Position numbers and translations under genes: made by a program. Of a stretch of DNA of 64,000 nt, positions 52,673 to 62,961 are shown piece by piece. The stretch covers positions 3,168,001-3,232,000 of the forward strand of contig OY970166.1 in NCBI GenBank assembly GCA_963706595.1. The letters run 5' to 3'. The DNA is from an uncultured cyanobacterium. GTDB taxonomy: Bacteria > Cyanobacteriota > Cyanobacteriia > Cyanobacteriales > Nostocaceae. Each line of letters begins with the position of its first letter. The first letter of the stretch is position 1. The notes under the pieces were generated by a model. That model was not told the origin of the DNA and did no database searches. It saw only the letters and a program-made list of their open reading frames with translations.

Positions 52673-53128
52673 TTAATTATCATCGTATATAGCATGATTT
52701 GGATTGTCACTATCCTCTACTGGCCAATCTTCATTTTCGCCACCGATGTATAATTCTTCAATTGCGACATATTCCTGATTTAACTGTTTGAGAGCATTGA
52801 TTAAAATATCCAGTGCGATCGCATCACTGGTTCCCATGTCAAACCAACACCGCGCCCACTGTCCTTCATACTCAAATTCGCCCATGTTGTGCATGAGTGC
52901 CAATAAGCTTTTATCATACCCTTCTGGGTCATAATTCATGTAGCTAATTTCCAATCCGGTTTCTTGGACTTGGAGATTTTCGGCATTAAATGCGCCCAAT
53001 TTGCCTAGATAAAACCAAGAATTAAAAACTTCTTCTACGTATTGCTTTTCACGTCCAGAGGGAATTGTCGTGAATTTTAGCCAAATCCACACATCAAAAG
53101 GGTTAATTTCACGGAACTGAATTTGCAT
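52673..53128 (-). CDS. DUF3531 (CRR6/NdhI-maturation-like) protein
   Basis: FREINPFDVWIWL, SWFYLGKLGAFNAENLQ, WARCWFDMGTSD. Confidence 0.75.
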   Translation of the reverse strand: MQIQFREINPFDVWIWLKFTTIPSGREKQYVEEVFNSWFYLGKLGAFNAENLQVQETGLEISYMNYDPEGYDKSLLALMHNMGEFEYEGQWARCWFDMGTSDAIALDILINALKQLNQEYVAIEELYIGGENEDWPVEDSDNPNHAIYDDN

Positions 53129-53221
53129 TGCGTTTGAATGTCTAAATTATTGTCTCTGAGAATAAGCATATCAGGCAGGGTAGGGAATGGGGTTAATCAA
53201 TAGCACTCAATAAGCTAACAA

Positions 53222-53371
53222 TTACTCACTTTTCCTCACTTTCCTTGACAAGCCGCGAATAAGCTCACGCATTACATCAGTTTTAGTTCTTGCCACCTGC
53301 TCACAGTACGCCTCCAGCCAATCTAGTTCTTGTTGTGGAATCCTGATTGTTATTCGTCTTTCGTCTTTCAT
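53222..53371 (-). CDS. Ribbon-helix-helix (CopG-like) protein, 49 aa, absent from the ORF track
   Basis: MKDERRITIRIPQQELDWLEAYCEQVARTKTDVMRELIRGLSRKVRKSE: alternating beta strand then two helices with TxxDVMRELI. Confidence 0.8.
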   Translation of the reverse strand: MKDERRITIRIPQQELDWLEAYCEQVARTKTDVMRELIRGLSRKVRKSE

Positions 53372-53400
53372 CGTCTGCTAATATGCTGTACAATAAGTAG

Positions 53401-54579
53401 ATGATACTAGGATTTAAGACAGAACTCAAATTAAACAATAATCACCGCACTGAACTATTGAAACACTGTGGCGTAGCTCGTCACGCTTGGAACTGGGGAC
53501 TAGCTTTAACCAAGCAAATACTCGACCACAATAAAGCCAATCCAGAGGAGAAAATTAAATTTCCCTCTGCGATTGACTTGCATAAGTGGTTGGTAGCATT
53601 GGTAAAGCCTGAGAACCCTTGGTACTTTGAAGTATCAAAGTGTGCGCCGCAATATGCACTGCGTAGGCTCAAAACAGCCTGGGATAGATGCTTTAAAAAA
53701 GTATCAGGCGCTCCCAAGTTCAAGAAGAAAGGAAAATCTGACTCATTTGAGTTAGACGGAACAATTAAAATTCGTGGTACTCACAAAATCCAAGTTCCCA
53801 AGTTAGGCGTACTGAAAACATACGAGAGATTGCCCCAGGTTCAGCCTAAGTCCGTGACCATTAGTCGCACTGCTGACCGTTGGTATATCTCGTTTCGGAT
53901 TGAGGTAGAGCCGACAGACACGCATTCGCTAGTTGACGTTGTAGGCGTTGACTTGGGTGTTAAATATCTTGCTACGTTATCGACTGGAGAAGTGTTTGAA
54001 GGCGCGAAATCATACCGCACTTTAGAGACCAAACTATCTAGACTGCAATGGATAAACCGCCATAAGGTTAAAGGTTCCGCTAACTGGAAAAAAGCGCAAT
54101 CCAAAATTGCACGACTACACCAACGCATTGCTAATATCCGCAAAGATACATTACATAAACTCACTACTTATCTAGCCAAGAACCACGGCACTGTAGTAAT
54201 TGAGGATCTAAATGTGTCTGGGATGATGGCGAACAGGAAACTAGCTAAGGCCATCGCTGACATGGGATTTTATGAGTTTCGTCATCAGTTAGAGTACAAA
54301 ACTAAACTCTATGGCAGTGAGTTGGTAGTAGTTGATAGATGGTATCCCAGCAGCAAAACTTGCTCCCACTGTGGAGTCAAGAAAGAATCTCTATCACTCA
54401 AAGAACGTGTATTCAAGTGTGAACATTGCGGGTTTGAATGTGATAGGGATCTAAACGCGGCAATTAATCTCAAAAACGCGGCGAGTCACGCCGTGTCAGC
54501 TTGTGGACTGGTGAGTGCCGACACTGCCAGGATGAAGCAAGAAGATTTCAGTTTGTTAGCAAACGTTAGTAAATTATGA
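53401..54579 (+). CDS. tnpB: RNA-guided endonuclease TnpB (IS607-type)
   Basis: GFKTELKLN..HCGVARHAWNWGL N-terminus; VGVDLG, VIEDL, DRDLNAAIN; CSHC/CEHC Zn finger. Confidence 0.93.
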   Translation: MILGFKTELKLNNNHRTELLKHCGVARHAWNWGLALTKQILDHNKANPEEKIKFPSAIDLHKWLVALVKPENPWYFEVSKCAPQYALRRLKTAWDRCFKKVSGAPKFKKKGKSDSFELDGTIKIRGTHKIQVPKLGVLKTYERLPQVQPKSVTISRTADRWYISFRIEVEPTDTHSLVDVVGVDLGVKYLATLSTGEVFEGAKSYRTLETKLSRLQWINRHKVKGSANWKKAQSKIARLHQRIANIRKDTLHKLTTYLAKNHGTVVIEDLNVSGMMANRKLAKAIADMGFYEFRHQLEYKTKLYGSELVVVDRWYPSSKTCSHCGVKKESLSLKERVFKCEHCGFECDRDLNAAINLKNAASHAVSACGLVSADTARMKQEDFSLLANVSKL

Positions 54580-54689
54580 ACGGAGATCAGAAAGACGCGA
54601 TGAATCGGAATTTTAGAAACAAAGAAAGAAATATAGAAATAAAGAAATAAAGAAATAAAGACGCGATGAATCGCGTCTCTACAATCAGG

Positions 54690-55634
54690 CTATTCAACTA
54701 AACTATTCAGTTGGTTTAAGGTGTTGTTGCGTTCACGCTCAATTTGTCTGACTAAATCGGCTGGAAGTTGGGATCTTTTAGTTAAGGCTTTGTCGAAATT
54801 AACAACAGCTTCCTGGATGATTGACTGACTTTTATCTTGTTGTCCCTGTTTTTTCAGGATTTGAGCTTTCAAATAATACAACTCTGGGTGATCAGATGTG
54901 GTTTTTAAAGCACTGTTGACATATTCCAAAGCCTGAGAATACTGTTTTAAATCGCGATAAGCAAGGGCTATGCCCCTATCCGCCAAGTATTTCGGTCCAG
55001 CATTTGTTTTTAACCTCGCGATCGCATCATCAGGATTAGCAAAGGGTAAATTTACAGATAGCATCAAATCCATGTAGCCTTTGAGCAAATTTAGTTCTGG
55101 ATCTTGAGGTGCGATCGCTTCGGCTCTGTCTAAATGCTGATAAACTTGTCGCAGCCGAGTTAAGGCTTGGGGCGCACCTTTGAGTGTACCATCACGGGTG
55201 AGAATTGTTGCTCCTTCAAAAAAATGTCCGACAGCAGTGTATATATTTCCCCGTAACTCGTCTGTAGCAATTAACTTTTGTCCTGCTTCTAAAGTTTTCT
55301 TGCTGTAAGTACCCAGTGTCGCAAAATCTTTATTTGTGTATGCTAAAGATGCCTTCATTGCATAAGCTAGAGGTTCATTTGGTTCATTGGCTATTGCTTT
55401 TTGCAGGTAACTGTCTGCTGCTAAATAATCACCCTTTTGGAAAACTGCTTTAAAAGCAGCTTCTGTATTGTCTCCAATATTACGCGGTTCGTTAGTGCGG
55501 AATGGATCGCCAGCCAGAGACGGATTCACCCACAAATTAAGTGCGATCGCAGTTGCAAGAGTAGTCTGAGCAAGCTGAGAAAGTTTAGCAAGCCCTATGT
55601 GTTGAGGAGTATAAAACTGTTTATTCATTGTCAC
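54690..55634 (-). CDS. Sll0314/Alr1548-family TPR protein
   Basis: Signal peptide then AGDPFR, DPELNLLKGYMDL, TPR repeats. Confidence 0.75.
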   Translation of the reverse strand: MTMNKQFYTPQHIGLAKLSQLAQTTLATAIALNLWVNPSLAGDPFRTNEPRNIGDNTEAAFKAVFQKGDYLAADSYLQKAIANEPNEPLAYAMKASLAYTNKDFATLGTYSKKTLEAGQKLIATDELRGNIYTAVGHFFEGATILTRDGTLKGAPQALTRLRQVYQHLDRAEAIAPQDPELNLLKGYMDLMLSVNLPFANPDDAIARLKTNAGPKYLADRGIALAYRDLKQYSQALEYVNSALKTTSDHPELYYLKAQILKKQGQQDKSQSIIQEAVVNFDKALTKRSQLPADLVRQIERERNNTLNQLNSLVE

Positions 55635-56002
55635 CTTTTAAAAAAATGTGGTTAAGATTGTTATATCTGTTACTTAGAATTCTAAAGAAAATTAACTATA
55701 ATTTGTGTCGGTTTCAGATCAAATATTCTACACAGAATGACTGCGATGATTGTGCCATGTTCCCATTTTTGTAGCTTTTGTTAAAAGTGAAGTCTGTCAC
55801 AATGTATAAAAGAATCAGGGGATATTTTTGCAGATTGTATCCGGTTTTCACCAAAAAAACTGGTAATTTCCGGGAAATTCAGACTAAAATTCAAACCCTG
55901 TAGAAAAAATTGCATGGAACGTCTCTACATTGTGACAAAGCTTTTGATCATTTTCTAGTTACTCTTAGGAGTAATCCGCCAACTTTTTAATAGTCCTAAC
56001 AA

Positions 56003-56677
56003 ATGCTCTATCTCAGAAATATAACTTATCATCCCACAGCCAGCCCAGCCGCGATTCTCAAATCAATTAATCTGGAATTAGCACCCCAGCAGCTGGGTAT
56101 GATTATTGGTCCGAGTGGTTCTGGTAAAAGTACCTTACTCGAAATTTTGTCTGGACTAGCCGAACCAACTTCCGGCTCACTATTCTGGCGGGAACAAGAA
56201 CTGATCCCAGAACAGCTACAACAATTGGCTGGGTTAGTATTTCAGTTTCCAGAAAGGCACTTTTGCGGTGGTACTATTTTAGACGAATTACGTTTAGGGC
56301 ATCCTGAGTTAGGTTCAGAGCGAGTCAGGGGAGCATTAAGCGAAGTGGGATTAGAGCATTTATCGCTTTCCGCCGCACCTCATGCTTTGAGTGGTGGACA
56401 GCAGAGGCGTTTGGCTTTGGCGGTGCAATTGATTCGTCAGCCGAATATACTGTTATTGGATGAACCCACAGCCGGGTTAGATTGGTCAATGCGTCAGCAA
56501 TTGGTAAATTTATTGGCGAAACTCAAAAAAGATTGGACACTGTTGGTAGTGACTCATGATGCTGGGGATATGCTGGCGATCGCCGACCGATGTTGGACAC
56601 TCAGCCACGGTGAACTACAATCAGTAGACCCAGCCATACTGAAAGCCAAAGCTCAAGAAGCCCAAAAGCCAGTGTGA
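56003..56677 (+). CDS. ABC transporter ATP-binding protein (EcfA/CbiO-like)
   Basis: GPSGSGKST, VFQFPE, LSGGQ, LLDEPT. Confidence 0.9.
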   Translation: MLYLRNITYHPTASPAAILKSINLELAPQQLGMIIGPSGSGKSTLLEILSGLAEPTSGSLFWREQELIPEQLQQLAGLVFQFPERHFCGGTILDELRLGHPELGSERVRGALSEVGLEHLSLSAAPHALSGGQQRRLALAVQLIRQPNILLLDEPTAGLDWSMRQQLVNLLAKLKKDWTLLVVTHDAGDMLAIADRCWTLSHGELQSVDPAILKAKAQEAQKPV

Positions 56678-56710
56678 GAGAGATAACTGTTGACCAATGA
56701 CTAATGACGA

Positions 56711-57463
56711 ATGACTAACTCAACAACTCCGTTATTGCCAGAAATGTCAGAACTATGGCAACAAACCCTAAATTGGCAACCCAACGAACAGCAGCAGCAA
56801 CAATTTCAGCAGTTGTATGAATTAATTGTAGTAGGTAATCGACAATTAAATTTAACCCGCATTACCGAACCCCAAGAATTTTGGGAAAAACATCTTTGGG
56901 ATTCTTTGCGCGGAATTGCACCACAAGGGCAGTTTATCCCATCGCTCTCAGAAAAAACTTCTATAATTGATATTGGCACAGGTGCGGGTTTTCCCGGAAT
57001 TCCCGTAGGGATTACCATGCCTAATTGTACAATTACTCTCCTAGATTCCACCCGGAAAAAGATTAATTTTATCGACGAAATATTGACTCAATTAACTCTC
57101 AAAAATGCCAAAACTTTGATTGGTAGAGCCGAAGAAATAGGTCATCATCCCCAGCACCGTAAAACCTACGATGTGGCTTTAATTCGCGCAGTTAGTAATG
57201 CCTCTGTCTGTGCAGAGTATACTCTACCATTGCTCAAACAGGGTGGTTTAGCTGTAATTTATCGTGGTAATTGGACAGAAGAAGAAACTAAATCTTTGCA
57301 AAATGCTGTTAACCAATTGGGCGGAATAATTGAATCAATTGATCAATTTACAACTCCTTTAACTAACAGCATTCGTCATTGTTTGTATTTGCGAAAAGTA
57401 GTCAATACCCCAGCTAGTTTTCCTCGTGGTGCTGGTGTAGCAACGCAAAAGCCTCTGTCATAG
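56711..57463 (+). CDS. rsmG: 16S rRNA m7G527 methyltransferase
   Basis: NLTRI, KHLWDSL, DIGTGAGFPG, GRAEE, FPR. Confidence 0.95.
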   Translation: MTNSTTPLLPEMSELWQQTLNWQPNEQQQQQFQQLYELIVVGNRQLNLTRITEPQEFWEKHLWDSLRGIAPQGQFIPSLSEKTSIIDIGTGAGFPGIPVGITMPNCTITLLDSTRKKINFIDEILTQLTLKNAKTLIGRAEEIGHHPQHRKTYDVALIRAVSNASVCAEYTLPLLKQGGLAVIYRGNWTEEETKSLQNAVNQLGGIIESIDQFTTPLTNSIRHCLYLRKVVNTPASFPRGAGVATQKPLS

Positions 57464-57774
57464 AACCTCACCCCAACCCTCTCCTTAGTAAGGAGAGGGA
57501 GCCGGAATCATGATATTTGATAGATTATTTAATGAATAATTTAAAATATTTATAGTAATCCTATTTTATTTTTGATAAGTAGGTCAACCTAATTAAATAT
57601 AAAACATTGACGATATAGATCCCCGACTTCTTTGAGAAGTCGGGGATCTGGATATTACGTTTTTTAAGTTTGAGTTACTTAGTTGGCTTAACGTAGCCAT
57701 AAATGTATTTTTTAATGCAACCACAGAGACACAGAGGACGCAGAGAGATTACAAAGATAGATGATTTGGGATGG

Positions 57775-59019
57775 CTAAAGTTGTAGTTTCTGAGTGATTG
57801 ATTGTACTAAGTTGTGCAAGTTAGTAGCAGTTTTTTCGGGTTTTCCATCTATGGGAAATACTAAGACACTTTTGATATCTTTGTTATTAATTATGTCTGC
57901 TAAACGATGAAATTGATTGTCACTAATGCCAATTCCATCCACATCTCTCACATATTTTAATTCTTCTTGGTAATTCGCATCATTATAAACTTGAATAAAC
58001 ACTCTATCGACGTTCCAGTTTGGCCAATCAGCAGCAAAGTATCTTTTAGCCCAATAAGGGTTATGATGGGAAATATCAAAACTAACTTTGGGGTTAGCTT
58101 GTTTAATTCCACTAACCATTTCTTGGACAAACTTTGTTAAGTTGGCGGTACGGTCTACTTGTCCTGGTAGTTCAGCATGATATCCTAAATAATCATCCCA
58201 CTGCACTGCATCAATTTGGGGATATTTGGTAACAAATTCGACGGAGATATTTTTAAAGAAATTAGCAATTTCTGGTATCTCTACATCTAAAACATAATGT
58301 TCAATATTAGAGTAAGTTCTATCTATTCCAGGAACTACCCATCGGCGCGCGATCGCTAAATCGAAAATTGGACTATTTTTATCGATTTTAATGCCTTTTT
58401 CAAAATAAGCATGAACTTCCATATCTTGCTTATGTGCTTCATCAATCAGCCAATCTAACCATTTATCTTGAAACTTATTAGGACAGCTTTTAACCCCTAA
58501 TTTTGTTTGCATGACTTCGCTGTTATACATTGTACAACCATTACCCCAAACACCATGAATGATTGTATTAAATCCCTGGGAACTATATAAACGTACTCGT
58601 TGGCGAATGGTTTTTTCGTTAGCATTATTCGTAATATGGTAACGGCTGAAATAAATCCCTCTAATGGCTTTTTTCTCCCAAGGCGTTTGAGGTAATGCTG
58701 TTTTTTGCTGAGGTGTTATTGGTGGTGAAACTGGTTCTGGTTTCGCTTCGGGTTTTACTGTGTTTGTGGGTGTGAGTGTGGGTGTCGGTGTGGGTTTGGG
58801 TGTCGGTGTAGGAGTTAAAATAGGGGTGGGAGTTGGATTCAAAATCGGGATGGCGATTTGTTGATTCTCAGATAAAAGGTTTGTCACAAGATTGGTGATC
58901 ATGTCTCGATTACCTTTTTGGCTCAACAACCACCAACTACCTCCTAAAAGCAATAAAATTACTGATATGGGAATATTCGCGCATCCACACCCCTTTGGCT
59001 CTTTTTTCGGTTGCGACAT
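57775..59019 (-). CDS. Membrane-anchored GHL10/DUF187 glycosyl hydrolase-like protein
   Basis: N-terminal TM, PT-repeat linker, IRGIYF, IDEAHK..MEVHAYFE, DAVQWDD. Confidence 0.75.
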   Translation of the reverse strand: MSQPKKEPKGCGCANIPISVILLLLGGSWWLLSQKGNRDMITNLVTNLLSENQQIAIPILNPTPTPILTPTPTPKPTPTPTLTPTNTVKPEAKPEPVSPPITPQQKTALPQTPWEKKAIRGIYFSRYHITNNANEKTIRQRVRLYSSQGFNTIIHGVWGNGCTMYNSEVMQTKLGVKSCPNKFQDKWLDWLIDEAHKQDMEVHAYFEKGIKIDKNSPIFDLAIARRWVVPGIDRTYSNIEHYVLDVEIPEIANFFKNISVEFVTKYPQIDAVQWDDYLGYHAELPGQVDRTANLTKFVQEMVSGIKQANPKVSFDISHHNPYWAKRYFAADWPNWNVDRVFIQVYNDANYQEELKYVRDVDGIGISDNQFHRLADIINNKDIKSVLVFPIDGKPEKTATNLHNLVQSITQKLQL

Positions 59020-59169
59020 GGTATATGCTTACTCCCTGATGATCTGCATCTATCTAATATGTAGCATCAAGATGGATCGCTGGGATTCCGGGAAAACTCT
59101 TAATTGTGCGATCGCCTACAATAGATAAAACCATAGCTTTGAGTAATAATTTTATGGAGGTTAAGAAAA

Positions 59170-59691
59170 ATGACACAGGAATTAACAGACCTCAGAAATA
59201 GCATTTTACAAGGAAATTACGCAGATGCTTTGGCTATTGTTGATGAGTTAGAGGGGATGAGTAGACAAGCAATTTTGCGTAATATCAAGTCTTATGTCAA
59301 TATTTTGTTAATTCATTTAATTAAAAACCAAGTAGAACAGCGATTAACAAATTCTTGGGTGGCTTCTATTCGCAATTCTATTCGAGAAGTTAAAAAGCTG
59401 AATATCAAAGATAATAATAAATCTTATTATGTCAATCTAGATGAATGGGAAAATTTGATTGAGGAAGAAGTAATTGAAGATGCGATCGCTGATGCTAGTG
59501 TGGAGGTGATGAATGGTAAATACAGTCAATTTCAACTGGCTGATCTAATAGATAGAACCGAGTTAATTGAGAATGCTTTAAAATTTTTAGTGTTAACTTA
59601 TTCCTATTCAGCCAAAAAATTACCGGCAATTGTCGCAGAAAGTTTAACTCAGTTACCAGGTGGTGAAGATTGGAAAGCAGGGAGATGGTAA
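59170..59691 (+). CDS. DUF29 family protein
   Basis: ELEGMSRQ..LLIHLIK..SWVASIRNS. Confidence 0.8.
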   Translation: MTQELTDLRNSILQGNYADALAIVDELEGMSRQAILRNIKSYVNILLIHLIKNQVEQRLTNSWVASIRNSIREVKKLNIKDNNKSYYVNLDEWENLIEEEVIEDAIADASVEVMNGKYSQFQLADLIDRTELIENALKFLVLTYSYSAKKLPAIVAESLTQLPGGEDWKAGRW

Positions 59692-59694
59692 GCC

Positions 59695-60204
59695 ATGACA
59701 CAGGAATTAACTGATCTCAGAAATAGCATTTTACAAGGACGTTATGCAGATGCTTTGGCTATTGTTGATGAGTTAGAGGGGATGAGTAAAAAGGCGATTC
59801 TGCGGCAAATTAAATCTTTTCTTAAGATTTTATTGATTCATTTAATTAAAAATCAAGTGGAACAACGATTAACAAATTCTTGGATTGCTTCGATTCGCAA
59901 TGCAATTTTAGAAATTCAAGATGTGAATCTCAAAGAAAACAAAAAATCCTATTATGTCAATCAAGATGAATGGGAAGATTTTATAAATGATGTGGTAATT
60001 GAAAGTGCGATCGCTGATGCTAGTTTGGAAGTGATGAATGGCAAATATACTCGCACTCAATTATCCGCAAAACTTGATAAAAACGAGATTACAACTACAG
60101 CAATTAGATTTCTAGCTTTAACTTATACTTATTCAGCTAAGGAATTACCAGCAATTATGGATGATTATTTGAGTCAGTTACCAGGAGGAGAAATTTGGAG
60201 ATAG
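59695..60204 (+). CDS. DUF29 family protein (tandem paralogue)
   Basis: Same motifs; 5' end nearly identical to the upstream gene. Confidence 0.8.
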   Translation: MTQELTDLRNSILQGRYADALAIVDELEGMSKKAILRQIKSFLKILLIHLIKNQVEQRLTNSWIASIRNAILEIQDVNLKENKKSYYVNQDEWEDFINDVVIESAIADASLEVMNGKYTRTQLSAKLDKNEITTTAIRFLALTYTYSAKELPAIMDDYLSQLPGGEIWR

Positions 60205-60349
60205 AAATTTTTAATTAACAGGCTATAGCGGTATTCATAGCCCCCTCCTCGCTTGCGGGGAGGGGGTTGGGGGTGGGGTTCTTGTCATAGCTGTATTTAG
60301 GATGATGGTGGGTTACGCTATCGCTAACCCACCCTACAATTAACAAAAA

Positions 60350-61771
60350 TTAACCAAAATGTTTGATGATTGCGTCAGCAAATTCAGAACATTTTAAGGG
60401 TTCTACTGGTGGTTCTAGCAATCGGGCTAAATCGTAAGTTACTTGACTGTTAGCGATCGCATCCCCTAAGCCTTGTTTTACCAAATCGGCGGCTTCTTGC
60501 CAACCCATAAATTCCAGCATCATCACACCGGAAAGAATTACCGAACCGGGATTAATCCGATCTAAGCCGGCGTGTTTGGGTGCAGTCCCGTGGGTAGCTT
60601 CAAATATGGCACAGATATCGCCGATATTTGCCCCTGGCCCCATTCCTAAACCGCCGACAATGGCCGCAGCCGCATCAGACAAGTAATCGCCGTTTAAGTT
60701 CATTGTGGCGAGAATTGAATACTCATCGGGTCTGGTTTGGATTTGTTGGAAAATACTGTCAGCAATCCGGTCATTGACCATAATTTTGTCTTTCCATTGA
60801 CCGTTTCCGTGGGTTTCCCAAATTGTGCTGAGAACGGTTTCGACTTCCTGGAGAATTTGCGCTTGCTTCTCTGGTGTCAGGGAATCATAACCTGGATCAA
60901 TCTCACGGGCGTTAGCTGCGGCGGAAATATCAGGATTTTTCTCTTTATTGCTTAAAATCCAAGATTCTCTTTCTGTAACGCATTCAGCCCGAAATTCACT
61001 GGTAACTAATTCATAACCCCAATCACGGAAAGCACCTTCGGTATACTTCATAATATTGCCCTTATGCACCAGTGTTACCTGTTGCTTGGCTTTAGGCAAT
61101 AACAAAGCGTGTTTCATCGCTCTCCGTACTAAGCGTTGAGAACCTGTTTTGCTGATAGGTTTGATACCAATACCAGAATCCAGGGGAATTTGCTTTTTGC
61201 CGTGTTCTGGGGTGGCGGGGATGAGTTCTTCATTGAGGATTTTAATCAGGCGATCGCCTATTTCACTGCCCTGTTTCCACTCAATCCCCAAATAAATATC
61301 TTCGGTATTTTCCCGATAAACAATTACATCGAGTTTCTCAGGGTTTTTGTGGGGCGAAGGTGTGCCTGCATAATAACGACAAGGACGCACACAGGCATAT
61401 AAATCAAAAATTTGCCGTAGCGCTACATTTAAAGAACGAATTCCACCACCTATGGGGGTAGTCAAAGGACCTTTAATCGCTATACCATATTCTTTGATAG
61501 CGGTTAAAGTGTCTTGAGGTAAATACTGATAAGTTCCGTATAATTCACAGGCTTCATCACCAGCGTAAACCTTAAACCAACTAATTTGACGTTTTCCCTG
61601 GTATGCCTTAGCTACCGCCGCATCTAGCACCTTTTGGGTAGCAGGCCAAATATCTATACCTGTGCCATCGCCCCGAATAAAGGGGATAATTGGATTATCC
61701 GGCACAATCGGTTCACCATTTTTAAAGGTGATTTTTGTTCCAGTGGTGGGGGGGTTAATCTTGTCGTACAT
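60350..61771 (-). CDS. icd: NADP-dependent isocitrate dehydrogenase
   Basis: [37 protein letters not shown]. Confidence 0.97.
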   Translation of the reverse strand: MYDKINPPTTGTKITFKNGEPIVPDNPIIPFIRGDGTGIDIWPATQKVLDAAVAKAYQGKRQISWFKVYAGDEACELYGTYQYLPQDTLTAIKEYGIAIKGPLTTPIGGGIRSLNVALRQIFDLYACVRPCRYYAGTPSPHKNPEKLDVIVYRENTEDIYLGIEWKQGSEIGDRLIKILNEELIPATPEHGKKQIPLDSGIGIKPISKTGSQRLVRRAMKHALLLPKAKQQVTLVHKGNIMKYTEGAFRDWGYELVTSEFRAECVTERESWILSNKEKNPDISAAANAREIDPGYDSLTPEKQAQILQEVETVLSTIWETHGNGQWKDKIMVNDRIADSIFQQIQTRPDEYSILATMNLNGDYLSDAAAAIVGGLGMGPGANIGDICAIFEATHGTAPKHAGLDRINPGSVILSGVMMLEFMGWQEAADLVKQGLGDAIANSQVTYDLARLLEPPVEPLKCSEFADAIIKHFG

Positions 61772-62170
61772 ACTTCAAACATTCCTGAACGATACGCCAC
61801 CCGCCAAACAATCTTGCTTTGACAGGCTGGCTAATTTTACTGTGTCTTTTGTTCACCAAGTCACAAGGCGCAGATTTTCCCCTTATTCCCCTTATACAGT
61901 CTTTGGGGTGAACGAAGAGGCAGGGGGGCAGGGGGCAGGGGAGACTCCTTTTTCCCTACTTCCTGCTTCATTGCTTCTTCTTTAAGCTATGAAATTTAGT
62001 CATAGCTTGCGTGGTGATGTAGCCATAGCCATTGCGATTTTGTACAATTGCCTCCGGCACTGCGCGTAGTGCAATCAAAAATAGTAAACTACTTTTCGCT
62101 ACTAGTGCTTCACCTTTGAGAACACCCGATAGCCAACCGCTTTTTCACTGAACGCTAACAGATTAATGGC

Positions 62171-62896
62171 ATGACAGACCCCATGATTTTATCAGGCACT
62201 GCTGACATCGACTCCCTCCGACAATCGCTAATTGCTGGGTCTCTTCAAGTCCAACAACAAATCATCCCACAGTTGGCTAACTTGGGTAATGAGGGATTAG
62301 ATGTGTTGATGGAATTTTTACAAAAACGACGCGAAGAACCAGCAACTTGGATTGATGGTAAAGCTTACCAAGTCCTCTACAACTGTGATGCACCTCAAGT
62401 TCAAGAATTTCTGCTTGACTGTTTTCCTGAAGGAATTGTACCTCTAAAATCAGAGTGTGGGATTGATTACAATCCTTTGCAACAACTACTCGCTGTCCAA
62501 GATTTCCAAGCTGCTGACCTCGTGAGTATCCAAAAAATGTGTGAACTGGCGGGGCCAATGGCTGTGCAGAGAAAATGGTTGTATTTTACGGAAGTGGAAA
62601 ATGCGCCCATTATTGACTTACAAACTATTAACAACCTTTGGTTAGTCCACTCAGAAGGTAAATTTGGCTTTTCGGTACAGCGAGAAATTTGGTTGAGTTT
62701 GGGCAAAAACTGGGAAAGTTTATGGTCTAAAATTGGCTGGAAAAGCGGTAATAACTGGACGCGATACCCTAACCAGTTTACTTGGGATTTAACCGCCCCT
62801 AAAGGTCATTTACCCCTGTCTAATCAATTGCGGGGGGTACGGGTAATGGCGGCGTTATTGTCTCACCCAGCTTGGGCTAAAAGTAACAAAATTTGA
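62171..62896 (+). CDS. gun4: GUN4 (Ycf53) porphyrin-binding protein
   Basis: DY..LQQLL..QDFQAAD, LWLVHSEGKFGFSVQ, APKGHLPLSNQLRG. Confidence 0.88.
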   Translation: MTDPMILSGTADIDSLRQSLIAGSLQVQQQIIPQLANLGNEGLDVLMEFLQKRREEPATWIDGKAYQVLYNCDAPQVQEFLLDCFPEGIVPLKSECGIDYNPLQQLLAVQDFQAADLVSIQKMCELAGPMAVQRKWLYFTEVENAPIIDLQTINNLWLVHSEGKFGFSVQREIWLSLGKNWESLWSKIGWKSGNNWTRYPNQFTWDLTAPKGHLPLSNQLRGVRVMAALLSHPAWAKSNKI

Positions 62897-62961
62897 TAGG
62901 GTGAAAGGGTTTGAATGGCCTTGATCCGCAGAAATTCAAAGTTAAAATTTTCAATCGGCTT

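Larger units (their letters stand above)
53193..54583 (+). mobile_element. IS607-like non-autonomous element (RHH gene plus tnpB, no serine transposase)
   Basis: Bounded by TGGGG|TTAATC on the left and GTTAGCAAACGTTAGTAAATTATGAACGG| on the right (GG core, short direct repeats); boundaries inferred. Confidence 0.65.

Noticed and set aside
46347..54579. Nuclease-dead TnpB (TldR) or Cas12f assignment
   Set aside because: Both TnpBs retain the D-E-D RuvC residues and have transposon ends, with no CRISPR repeats.
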